A stretch of 43,644 nt of DNA, taken from IMG/VR virus record IMGVR_UViG_3300048631_000674, positions 1 through 43,644 of that record. One strand, written 5' to 3'. This document shows positions 1-8,096 of this stretch, in pieces. The DNA is from a virus. Lineage: Duplodnaviria > Caudoviricetes. The notes under the pieces were generated by a model that did no database searches, was not told where the DNA came from, and saw only the letters and a list, made by a program, of their open reading frames with translations. Positions within the stretch are counted from its first letter, which is position 1. Each line of letters begins with the position of its first letter. The translations under genes were made by a program, and so were the position numbers.

Positions 1-1134
1 TTATGCCGATGAACACTCGGGATCAAGGCCCTCGGTGTTTTCGGTACAATCAGAGTACAACTTTGTGCGCTCCAACACCGCGACCGCTTCCGCGTGTTGC
101 TCCGGCGCGAGGTGCGCGTAACGTTCGGTCTCTTTAATGCGAGAGTGGCCGAGCAGCTCCTTGACGACCTGGAGCGATACACCTCGTTGGACAAGCCTCG
201 AGGCGAACGTGTGTCTCAAGTCGTGCACCCGGATCTCCCTCATCCCTGCCAGCCGAAGACGGCTCCGCAGCCGACGCAAGATCTTGTTGGTCTTGTACGG
301 CTTGCCTTCTTCTGTCCACACCCAATCCCCCGCGAGCAAGGTCTTGGCGCGTTGCCTGGTGAGGATCTTCGCCACGCGCTCGGTCATGGGGATCATGCGG
401 TGCTTGCGGTTCTTCGTCGGGCCGAGCTTTCCCTTGCTCGTGAGCGAGTGCTTGACCCAGATCTGCTTCGCCTTCAGGTCGATGTTCCCCCATGTCATAG
501 CGCGGATTTCTCCGTCGCGCATGCCCGTGTCGAGCGCGATGATGATCATGCAGTCTCGATCAAGGGTGTCATCGAGCTGAGCCTCGAGGCGATCCTGTTC
601 GTCTTCGGTCAGATAATCCCAGGGCTCCTCTTCCTCCGGTGGGAGCCTCTTGAGGGTGGGGACGAGCGTGATCATTCCCCACGACTTCGCGACGCCGAGG
701 ATCTGGCTGGCGATGCGTGTCGCGGCGTTGATATACTCGACGCTCAGATCGGCTTCGACCATGTCGGCCCGCCAGTGCGTGAGCTTCTGAACGTCGATTT
801 GATCGATGATCAGGTCTCCCAGGGTTGGTAGAATTTGGTTGTCGAGCACAGAGCGGTACTTGGCGACGGAGCGGTCGCTGAGCTCCACTTTCCAGACCAC
901 ACGCTCCACCTCGCGAGCGAAGGTCTGGAGGGTGGGGAGCGCTCGGGTCTCCTCTCTCAAGCGTATCGGGTCGCTGTAGATGGCCAGCATCTCTCGGCCC
1001 CACTTCTCGGCCCCACGCCGCGTTTGAACCGGACTCTTCTTGCGGAAGGTCCGGTTGTTGCGCGGGTTGTCCGGGTCGGGATAGCGAAAGTACACCTCCC
1101 AATACCCGCGTTGTGGGTGTCGTCTTGCTTCCAT
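1..1134 (-). CDS. int: Tyrosine recombinase (phage integrase)
   Basis: TGMRDGEI (catalytic R), HDLRHTFAS (HxxR), LLGH and TERYAH (Y) motifs; N-terminal arm-binding-like region. Confidence 0.96.
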   Translation of the reverse strand: MEARRHPQRGYWEVYFRYPDPDNPRNNRTFRKKSPVQTRRGAEKWGREMLAIYSDPIRLREETRALPTLQTFAREVERVVWKVELSDRSVAKYRSVLDNQILPTLGDLIIDQIDVQKLTHWRADMVEADLSVEYINAATRIASQILGVAKSWGMITLVPTLKRLPPEEEEPWDYLTEDEQDRLEAQLDDTLDRDCMIIIALDTGMRDGEIRAMTWGNIDLKAKQIWVKHSLTSKGKLGPTKNRKHRMIPMTERVAKILTRQRAKTLLAGDWVWTEEGKPYKTNKILRRLRSRLRLAGMREIRVHDLRHTFASRLVQRGVSLQVVKELLGHSRIKETERYAHLAPEQHAEAVAVLERTKLYSDCTENTEGLDPECSSA

Positions 1135-1140
1135 GAGTTA

Positions 1141-1173
1141 CCTCGTGTGTTGAGGCGGCTCATCCTGTGAGCC
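1141..1173 (-). promoter_or_regulatory. Integrase 5' leader: CAGGA-loop hairpin (CsrA-type site) plus SD-sequestering hairpin
   Basis: Minus strand reads GGCTCA-CAGGA-TGAGCC (1173-1157), then CCTC-AACACAC-GAGG (1155-1141), pairing the GAGG SD upstream of the ATG at 1134. Confidence 0.5.
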
Positions 1174-1180
1174 TTGGAGG

Positions 1181-1456
1181 TTAGCGCGACCAGGTGATCA
1201 ATGCGACCTTCGAGTATCTCCAGACACCGCCGACCTTGCGCGCGCTCGGCACCTCACCCTCGCGGGAGAGCTGACGCAGACCTTGCTCGCTCATGTTGAG
1301 GAGTGCGGCCGCGGTTCGACAGTCGATCAATTCCTCATCGACATTGGAGGCGTTGCCGAGCTGCGCGCGCAGGCGTTCATTCTCGCGCGCGAGCTCCACG
1401 ATCTGCTCGGCCTGCTTCTCGACGATGGACGCCAGATAAGGTGCCTCGCTATTCAT
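1181..1456 (-). CDS. Excisionase-like HTH protein
   Basis: LIDCRTAAALLNMSEQGLRQLSREGEVPSARKVGGVWRY resembles HTH_17/xis; adjacent to int; start trimmed to ATG at 1456 (GAGGAGG upstream). Confidence 0.8.
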   Translation of the reverse strand: MNSEAPYLASIVEKQAEQIVELARENERLRAQLGNASNVDEELIDCRTAAALLNMSEQGLRQLSREGEVPSARKVGGVWRYSKVALITWSR

Positions 1457-1749
1457 CGTTCGGCCTCCTCCAGCTTGGCAATCACTGCTTTCAGCCTGGC
1501 GATGCGTTCGGAGGGCCAAACCGCGCCTCCCTGAAGGCGCCTCTCCAGATCTTCGATCTCGTCCTGGATAAGCTTGGCAGATGGCGTCGTGGTGTAGGTG
1601 ATGGCGGTGTCCACCTCCAGCTTCGACGGTATCCAGCAGCTCTCGCACTCGTATGTGCGCTCGCGGTCGTGCTCCCACGAATCGGTGTTGACGATGCCGC
1701 AATAAGGACACCTGATCTCATCGCCCGAATGCTCTTCGTATTCGCTCAT
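1453..1749 (-). CDS. Zinc-ribbon hypothetical protein
   Basis: CPYC and CESC pairs; ATGA-coupled to both neighbours. Confidence 0.65.
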   Translation of the reverse strand: MSEYEEHSGDEIRCPYCGIVNTDSWEHDRERTYECESCWIPSKLEVDTAITYTTTPSAKLIQDEIEDLERRLQGGAVWPSERIARLKAVIAKLEEAER

Positions 1750-3284
1750 CGGCCTGCCTCCCTGTCTTGCTCCTCGACAACCTCTTGCCATCGGCGGACG
1801 TGCTTCGTGGCGTGCTCGAGGTCCCAGCATCGGTCGTCCGGGTCCGCAAAGTCCTCGGTCGCGCGGAGGGCATAAGCAGTGGCGATCTCGTTTTCCAGGT
1901 CAGCCAGTCGATCCAACCACTGCGCGATTGTCCCACCGGCTTCATCTTCGCCGCGCTCATGGTGCTCCGGCGTGTCGGTTTCCTCGATCGTGAGCTCGCG
2001 CTTGGACTCGAGTTCTTTGATTCGCTGGTCTTGCCGTGCGACGAGGTGCGTGAGCTCTTCGTCGTAGTCGAGGAGTTCGCGGACCTTCTCGACCGCGGAC
2101 CTCTTGTCATCGGAACCGTACCCTCGCCGCTCGCACTCGCGGTGTACGGCGAGCAGGTTCTCGCTCACACGCTCGAGCTCGCGCCTGACGTTCGGGAGTT
2201 TGGCCGCGTCTTCGGTGAGTTCCTTGAGCTGCCTGTCGTAGTGGTTCTCGATGCCCTGGCACGCGGCGTTCACATAATCGACCAGATCAGCATCCCACCA
2301 GCCATCATCGGAAACGTCGTATTTCTCCATGAACTCGAGCGCGGCCTGCTGCATCGCGTAGAGATTCGCGTGTTCACGGAACGACCGCTCGACGAGTTGT
2401 GCGATGCGTTGATCGATCGGCGTGTCCTTGCCTGCGAAATCGCCGATGGGTTCGAGCGCTTCCTGAATGCTTGCAAGGGTGGCTTCGGCCGCCGCAGCAC
2501 GTTGCGCCCATGTCAAGCGAGTCTCGCGCGCAACGTTGTAGCAGGTTTCGAGCTCGACGATCTTCTCGCTCACAAGCTCGAGCTCGCGCTTGATGACTGG
2601 AAGTTCGCCTGCGTCTTCGAAGGCCGCCTCGATCAACTCGCACATCTCGCTGACGCTGAGCTCGTCGCCACCGAACGCAGTGTGACGCGCTAGGACCTCG
2701 CCGATCTTTTCGAGCGCGTCTCTCTCCTTCGCGATCTGCGCGATTGTGGCCTTGTGCTTGGCTGCCTCTTCACGCGCGGCGATCAACGCGGTCTCGAGCG
2801 TGGCGATTTGCGCGTTCTCCTTTGCGGTCTCTCGTTTTGGCGCCTTATCCGGGCCGGTGGGCTGCTCGTCTTGGTCAGGCTTGAGAGGCTCCCAGGTGGT
2901 CCCAGGGGCGAGCCGCCCGAGCGACCTGGCGCGCGGATCCGCCTCCACCCCTTCGAGGTCTTCTGGCTTCGCGGTTTCGTAGTGTGCCCACTGCGCTGTG
3001 CCGCTGCTAAATCGGTACTGGAGCGTTCCGTAGGGTGGCGCGCCTGGCAGCATGGAGAGCGCGCGGATGGAGCTCCACTCCCACTCGGGATGCTCGGCCT
3101 GCGTGGTCTCCTCTTGTTTGGTCTTGGTCATGGTCTCCACCTTGGCTTGCGTTGTGTTCTTGTATCGTTGCTCGCGGATCAGCCGCTTGACCTCGGCGAT
3201 GCCCATCCCGGTCGCCGCGGCGATCTCGTCGATCTCCCAGCCCTCGTCGAGCTGCGCGAGGATGTCGGCGCCTGTCCACCTCAT
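1746..3284 (-). CDS. Coiled-coil hypothetical protein with N-terminal HTH-like segment
   Basis: 512 aa, E/A/L-rich heptads, N-terminal WEIDEIAAATGMGIAEVKRLI, internal repeat; ATGA-coupled. Confidence 0.75.
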   Translation of the reverse strand: MRWTGADILAQLDEGWEIDEIAAATGMGIAEVKRLIREQRYKNTTQAKVETMTKTKQEETTQAEHPEWEWSSIRALSMLPGAPPYGTLQYRFSSGTAQWAHYETAKPEDLEGVEADPRARSLGRLAPGTTWEPLKPDQDEQPTGPDKAPKRETAKENAQIATLETALIAAREEAAKHKATIAQIAKERDALEKIGEVLARHTAFGGDELSVSEMCELIEAAFEDAGELPVIKRELELVSEKIVELETCYNVARETRLTWAQRAAAAEATLASIQEALEPIGDFAGKDTPIDQRIAQLVERSFREHANLYAMQQAALEFMEKYDVSDDGWWDADLVDYVNAACQGIENHYDRQLKELTEDAAKLPNVRRELERVSENLLAVHRECERRGYGSDDKRSAVEKVRELLDYDEELTHLVARQDQRIKELESKRELTIEETDTPEHHERGEDEAGGTIAQWLDRLADLENEIATAYALRATEDFADPDDRCWDLEHATKHVRRWQEVVEEQDREAGR

Positions 3285-3643
3285 GCCGCTGCCCTCCCGT
3301 CGAATGCGTCCTGGTCGAAGGTGTAGATGTACTCAGATCGGCCCACCACGAGTTCGTTGTCGTTGGGGAGGCGCTTCGAGAGCCATGTGTAGATGTCTCG
3401 GCTTGCGTGCGCCTTCATGGTTTCGACCTCGCGCCCGAGCTGCTCGGCGATGAAAGCGAGCGAACAAGGTCCATCGAGGCCCTGATCGAACACGAGGACT
3501 TCGACGCTTGGTTTGACCCGGAAGAGGGCGCCGAACTGCTCGATGTGCCGAAACTTCGGCGACCTCTTCAACCCTCGCGTCGTGGTGAAGCCAAGATGCT
3601 CGGCGAGCTGTTCGAGCGGTTGTGGTCTGTGGAAATACGTCAT
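3281..3643 (-). CDS. Hypothetical protein (possible DNA-binding)
   Basis: MTYFHRPQPLEQLAEHLGF...; ATGA overlaps on both sides. Confidence 0.6.
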   Translation of the reverse strand: MTYFHRPQPLEQLAEHLGFTTTRGLKRSPKFRHIEQFGALFRVKPSVEVLVFDQGLDGPCSLAFIAEQLGREVETMKAHASRDIYTWLSKRLPNDNELVVGRSEYIYTFDQDAFDGRAAA

Positions 3644-3843
3644 CGGTTTGCTCTCCCTGCCCACCAGTCGCGCAACGCGCCGCGCATGCGCCACATCCAG
3701 GGGATCCGCTGGCGGAGCTCGAGCGTGACTCGGTTCGCCTCGGCGATGGCGGCATCGTCGAGCTTGCGGTTGTGGCGAAGGTCTTTGGCCTGGCCGCGCA
3801 TGATGGCGCGGGCAGTGTCGATCTGAATCGGTTGCGTGCTCAC
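3640..3843 (-). CDS. Hypothetical protein
   Basis: 67 aa ORF in a chain of 4-nt start/stop overlaps. Confidence 0.55.
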   Translation of the reverse strand: MSTQPIQIDTARAIMRGQAKDLRHNRKLDDAAIAEANRVTLELRQRIPWMWRMRGALRDWWAGRANR

Positions 3844-4052
3844 TTCCCTTCCTCCTCGGCCTCTTCGGCCCGGCGCCGCATCTCGGTGCAGGCGCCGCAG
3901 TAGTCGAGGTAGCTCCCGCCGATGTCCTCGCAGCTCCAGCCGTAGCGTCGGAGCGCTTCGCGCGCGCTGCCTGGCGCGACCTCTCGGACATCACGGTGGA
4001 CGGCGCAGTCTTGGTGGTCGCACTCGACTCTCGTGATCAGTCTGCTGGTCAT
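3840..4052 (-). CDS. Small Cys-containing hypothetical protein
   Basis: CDHQDC and YCGAC motifs; coupled overlap; GGAGG upstream. Confidence 0.55.
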   Translation of the reverse strand: MTSRLITRVECDHQDCAVHRDVREVAPGSAREALRRYGWSCEDIGGSYLDYCGACTEMRRRAEEAEEEGK

Positions 4053-4064
4053 CTCAACCCTCCC

Positions 4065-4490
4065 TCAATCGATCCCAGGGCCGCGACGATCGATGGCCTC
4101 GATCGCTGCGACTGCCACGGCGGCGACCTTCACCAGCGCGGTGCGCGAGTCGACCTCGCCACCCCACGGGATAGGCCCCATCTCGCACACGAGGATAGCG
4201 ACCCACTCCTCGAGGGAGTGTGCGTCGTCGTGTGCGATGTCCCACTCCTTCTCTTGCTTCTCGCGCTCGCGCCGCAGCTCATCGAGGATCCCTCCTCGGT
4301 AGTCCTCGGGCGCGGCGAGATCTTCTTGGTGCGCCTCGTAAACGTCGTCGAGCTTCGGCGCGAGCTCCTCGTCGATGACCTTGACGAGCGCCTCATAGGC
4401 TTCGGTGCGGCCCGAGTGCGGTTCGTGTCGAGTGTCGGCGACCTTCTCGGCTGCGTGGCGAAGCGCTTCGTATGCTTGTTCTGCTTTCAT
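4065..4490 (-). CDS. MazG-like phage protein
   Basis: EREKQEKEW..HSLEEWVAILVCEMG..LVKVAAVAVAAIEAIDR resembles phage MazG-like all-alpha NTP pyrophosphatases. Confidence 0.55.
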   Translation of the reverse strand: MKAEQAYEALRHAAEKVADTRHEPHSGRTEAYEALVKVIDEELAPKLDDVYEAHQEDLAAPEDYRGGILDELRREREKQEKEWDIAHDDAHSLEEWVAILVCEMGPIPWGGEVDSRTALVKVAAVAVAAIEAIDRRGPGID

Positions 4491-4699
4491 ATCGCGAGTT
4501 CCTCCTGTCCTTGCTCGCGCAGTGCACGGCGCCTGGCCGCGGCCTTCTGCGCGCGTTGTAATCGGTTCAAATCAGACTCGGCTCTGGCGGCGCGAAGCTC
4601 AGCCGCAGCGATGCGACCCTCGGCGATCGCCGCACGTTCGAGCGCGAGCACATAAAGCCTCTCGAGCTGGTCTCTTGTGAGGTGGCTGAACTGGCTCAC
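4487..4699 (-). CDS. Small coiled-coil hypothetical protein
   Basis: GTG start overlapping the MTase stop; Ala/Arg/Glu-rich. Confidence 0.55.
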   Translation of the reverse strand: MSQFSHLTRDQLERLYVLALERAAIAEGRIAAAELRAARAESDLNRLQRAQKAAARRRALREQGQEELAI

Positions 4700-5343
4700 A
4701 GCAACCCCCTCTCGGCGAAGCGGATGCGCCATCGCTCGAGTTCGTTGGGGTGCACGGTCTCGCCGTACCAGCCTTGCCTCGGCATGCGGAGGTATCGGGT
4801 CTTGGCGCCGCGCCAGATGAACCAGCTCGTCGTGGTCGTGTCGGTGCCCTTGCCGCGAAAGGAGACCCGAGGGTTGGTGATCACGCGCACGGGCGCGCCC
4901 TCACCAGTCACCAGGTCAAGTCGGTTCGCGCAGGGTTCCTTGAAGGTCGTGCGAAGCAGGAAGACGCCCCACTTCACATGAGGGAGCAGCGCGCGGATCA
5001 CGTCAGCGGCGTGCATGTCGCCCACCAGATAGGGCGGGTTGGTCAAGACCACGTCCGCCTTGTGCTGACTCCAGTCGTGCTCGAGCACATCGACGTGCAT
5101 GTCCACGGGCGCCAGCAGATCGATATCCGCAGTCAGGACCTCGTGCCCCTCCGACTGGAGCACGCGCGCCAGCGAAAGCGCGCGGCCTGCGCACGGCTCG
5201 AGGATGCGTTGCTTGCTTCGAAGTATCCCCCAGCGCGTGAGCAACGGCCCGAGGAGTTCTGGCGGCGTGGGGTAATAGTCGAGGTCATCGCGTGCGCCGG
5301 CCTGGTAGGAGCCTTGCCCCTCGATGAGTTCGAGCTGGTTCAC
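4696..5343 (-). CDS. Orphan DNA amino-methyltransferase (probably N6-adenine)
   Basis: YYPTP, ILEPCAG (SAM-binding motif I) and VLTNPPY (motif IV); no cognate nuclease nearby. Confidence 0.85.
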   Translation of the reverse strand: MNQLELIEGQGSYQAGARDDLDYYPTPPELLGPLLTRWGILRSKQRILEPCAGRALSLARVLQSEGHEVLTADIDLLAPVDMHVDVLEHDWSQHKADVVLTNPPYLVGDMHAADVIRALLPHVKWGVFLLRTTFKEPCANRLDLVTGEGAPVRVITNPRVSFRGKGTDTTTTSWFIWRGAKTRYLRMPRQGWYGETVHPNELERWRIRFAERGLL

Positions 5344-5654
5344 AACAGCCCTCCCTCGCGCCATGGCCTTGCCATCAGAAGTCCGATCGGCTGACCTGGT
5401 TCGTCCTGGGGCTCGAAGTACTCGAGGCTGGTGTCATCGAGCTGCGCCTCGATCCAGTTGCGAAACTGCTCGGGCGACATGGGGCGCACAATCCTCAGTA
5501 TTCGGCCTAATCCCTTGTTCCCGATGCCGAGCAAATCACCCGCGTCGAGCTCCTCGAGGAGCTTCGCGTGCCACTCGCCGACGGCGGCCGGTGGGATCTG
5601 CGCGCGTCGCTCGAGCGCGCAGAGCTCGAGCACCTTGTCTTCAGCGTTGCTCAT
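5340..5654 (-). CDS. Hypothetical protein
   Basis: MSNAEDKVLELCALERR...; GGAGG upstream; coupled to the MTase. Confidence 0.6.
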   Translation of the reverse strand: MSNAEDKVLELCALERRAQIPPAAVGEWHAKLLEELDAGDLLGIGNKGLGRILRIVRPMSPEQFRNWIEAQLDDTSLEYFEPQDEPGQPIGLLMARPWREGGLL

Positions 5655-5844
5655 CAGGGACCTCCATGCCTTCGCGTTCGCAGAACACTTCCCATCGGTC
5701 GATGCCGATCTCTTGAGGTGCCTGCACACCCACGCGAACTTGTTCGCTTCGGATCTGCCTGACCTCGATGTAGCAAATCAGCTCGCCCGTGCTCTTGTGG
5801 TACACCGCGACCTTCTCTCCGACCTTCCTGGTGCTCACCATCAT
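5641..5844 (-). CDS. csrA: Carbon storage regulator CsrA/RsmA-family RNA-binding protein
   Basis: MMVSTRKVGEKV...QVRVGVQAPQEIGIDRWEV aligns with CsrA MLILTRRVGE...QVRIGVNAPKEVSVHREEI; R44 equivalent retained; AAGGAG SD. Confidence 0.8.
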   Translation of the reverse strand: MMVSTRKVGEKVAVYHKSTGELICYIEVRQIRSEQVRVGVQAPQEIGIDRWEVFCEREGMEVPDEQR

Positions 5845-5940
5845 CTCGCGTCTCCTTGATTTGGATGGGCCTGCATTGACCCAAAGCGGCGCCTCGGTGT
5901 GACCCGAAGCGGGGCGCGCGTATGCCGCCCCACAGCGCCG

Positions 5941-7812
5941 TTACTCCGCTGCGGCCTCGGTCGATGTCATGTGGTCGAGCAGAGGGTTCAGGTACACGCT
6001 CGGGGAACCGGGCCTCCCGAGGACTTCTTTGGGCATCGTGATCACGAGCTCGTCCTCAGCGCGCGTGGCACCGACATAGAGGATCCGGCGCGACTCCTCG
6101 TCGTTGTCGCGGTAGATCGTACCGATGACGCCGACCTGGTAGACGTAAGGGAACTCCAAGCCCTTGCTCTTGTGCACGGTCATCAGGTGCACAGCTGCTT
6201 CACCTCTCTTGCGAGGTGGCCTTGCCACGGTGAGGAGCTTCTCGATGGAGTCGCAGCCGCGCGCGATGGCCATGAGCGCGGCGAGGTTCTGGACGCGATC
6301 GTTGTCCTCCTCCTCCTCCCCCTCGTACCGAGACTGGAAGGTCAGGTTGTCGAGCCCCCGAAGCTCGAGCACGCGCTCGAGCACGACAGCGGGACCTTCG
6401 GACGCGAGCGCTTCGAGCTCCTCGAGTTGGCGTTGGAAGTGCTCGAAGCGATCGGCCTCCCTGGAGGATGCGAGGTCAGCCGCGCGCTCGAGCGCCTCGA
6501 TGACGGTCGCGGCGCGTTGGTTCTCGACGGAGCGCCAGGAACTATCGCCGAGGTAGCGGCAAGGCTTGGAGCGCACGCGCTTGGCTGCCTCGAAGTCGCT
6601 CGGGTCCACCACGAGCTTGAGGTAGGCGAGCGCATCCTTGATCTCGGCGCGTTCGAAGAAGCTCGTCGCGCCATGGACCAGATAGGGGACACCTGCGACG
6701 CCGAGCGCGCGTTCGAAGGCAGCGGCCTGCGCGTTCTGTCGGTAGATGATGGCGATGTCATCCGCGCTCGCGCCATCGAGCAACCTACGGCGGATGTCGA
6801 CGCAGACCTCTTCGGCCTCCTCGGTCGAGTTCTGTGGCTCCCAGATCTCGACGTGACCATGCTCCTCCCGGTGTGCGATCGCTTCGCCAGACCACTCGGC
6901 CTCGCTCGCGCCGCGCATGATGATCGAGCCGCATCGCACGATACGCTCGCGCGAGCGGTAGTTGGTGTCGAGCGTGAGGACCTCGCAGCCGAGCTTCTCC
7001 TCGACGTAGTAGCGCAGCCTCGAGAGATCAGCGCCGCGGAACGCGTAGATCGATTGGCGAGGGTCGCCGATGGCCATGACCTGGGCGTCGCGCGCGAGGA
7101 GCTCCATGATGCGTGTCTGGAGCGCGTCGAGGTCCTGGACCTCATCGACGAAGAAGTAGTCCTGTGCGCGCTGGCACTGACCTGCGCGCTCGGGCTTGGT
7201 GGTCATCTCGACCCACCAGCGCCAAATCATATCGATCATCTCGACGGCGCCGTCCTCGGCCTTGGCCTGGTTGAACTGGCGCCACACGCCGACGATGGCG
7301 GGGCAGTTATGGCTGCGCCCCCACTCGTACAGGGCGGTCTCGATCTGCGAGGGAAGGAGCGCCTTCTCCTTGGCCTGGGTGAACAGCGCGAGCAGCTCCT
7401 CGGCGCCGACCTTCTTGGGCCAGCGACGTTGCTTCTTGAGCAGGTCTCGCAAAACCCTGAGCGCGTGGTAGTCCATCCACACGTTCGAGCCCGTGCACAG
7501 TTCCCACTCGCGCAGCCAGGAATAGCCGAGCGAGTGATAGGTCGACGCCGTGACCTCGCCGCCGCGCTCGGGGTGCACCTTGATGATGCGCTCGCCAAGC
7601 TCGTCACCGCTCTTCTTGGTGAAGCTCACGGCGGTGATGCGCGAAGGCTCGACGCCTTGCTCGATAAGCCACCCACAGCGGTAGGCCACGCACCTTGTCT
7701 TTCCGCTCCCCGCGCCCGCAACCACGAACGCGTGAGGGCCATCGAGCGGGTGTGTGACCACGCGAAGTTGTGCGGCGTCGAGTGACGACGCGAGTTTCAG
7801 ATCAATACCCAT
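5941..7812 (-). CDS. UvrD/Rep/PcrA-family SF1A DNA helicase
   Basis: AGAGSGKT, VDEVQD, GDPRQSIYAFRGA, NYRS, IIYRQNAQ, MTVHKSKGLEF and YVGATRA motifs. Confidence 0.93.
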   Translation of the reverse strand: MGIDLKLASSLDAAQLRVVTHPLDGPHAFVVAGAGSGKTRCVAYRCGWLIEQGVEPSRITAVSFTKKSGDELGERIIKVHPERGGEVTASTYHSLGYSWLREWELCTGSNVWMDYHALRVLRDLLKKQRRWPKKVGAEELLALFTQAKEKALLPSQIETALYEWGRSHNCPAIVGVWRQFNQAKAEDGAVEMIDMIWRWWVEMTTKPERAGQCQRAQDYFFVDEVQDLDALQTRIMELLARDAQVMAIGDPRQSIYAFRGADLSRLRYYVEEKLGCEVLTLDTNYRSRERIVRCGSIIMRGASEAEWSGEAIAHREEHGHVEIWEPQNSTEEAEEVCVDIRRRLLDGASADDIAIIYRQNAQAAAFERALGVAGVPYLVHGATSFFERAEIKDALAYLKLVVDPSDFEAAKRVRSKPCRYLGDSSWRSVENQRAATVIEALERAADLASSREADRFEHFQRQLEELEALASEGPAVVLERVLELRGLDNLTFQSRYEGEEEEDNDRVQNLAALMAIARGCDSIEKLLTVARPPRKRGEAAVHLMTVHKSKGLEFPYVYQVGVIGTIYRDNDEESRRILYVGATRAEDELVITMPKEVLGRPGSPSVYLNPLLDHMTSTEAAAE

Positions 7813-8096
7813 CGCTTGCACCTCGGTCCTTCTTCTCGTTGTTCAGTGGGGTGGAGGATCTGTCGGAGTTCATCGAGGTTGTCGGCGAGCATGACCTCGC
7901 CGTCGGTGTCCCAGAAGACCTCTTCGCTGCCATCCTCGTATTCGAGCACCGTGCGGCGCAGCCAGATGACGCGGCCAAGGTGGCGATCGATCGCCAGGCG
8001 CGTGCCGTGACGCGGCGAGTACCACCACTCGTGGTTCGCCTCGTGAATCGCCTCGAGGTAGAGGTCAGCGGCTTTGCAGTCTTCCCGCGTGATCAC
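7797..8096 (-). CDS. Hypothetical protein
   Basis: 99 aa ORF between the RecT-like gene and the helicase; GGAGG SD. Confidence 0.55.
   Translation of the reverse strand: MITREDCKAADLYLEAIHEANHEWWYSPRHGTRLAIDRHLGRVIWLRRTVLEYEDGSEEVFWDTDGEVMLADNLDELRQILHPTEQREEGPRCKRWVLI

Noticed and set aside
1-80. att site at the integrase 3' end
   Set aside because: No matching direct repeat at the other end; the window is cut at gene boundaries.
4696-5343. Restriction-modification system
   Set aside because: No recognisable endonuclease partner; orphan phage MTases are common.
5899-7785. Long antisense ORFs (e.g. 5899-7785 +, 22910-24409 -, 27056-28597 -, 32972-34366 -)
   Set aside because: Shadow ORFs opposite well-supported genes in high-GC DNA; no motifs.
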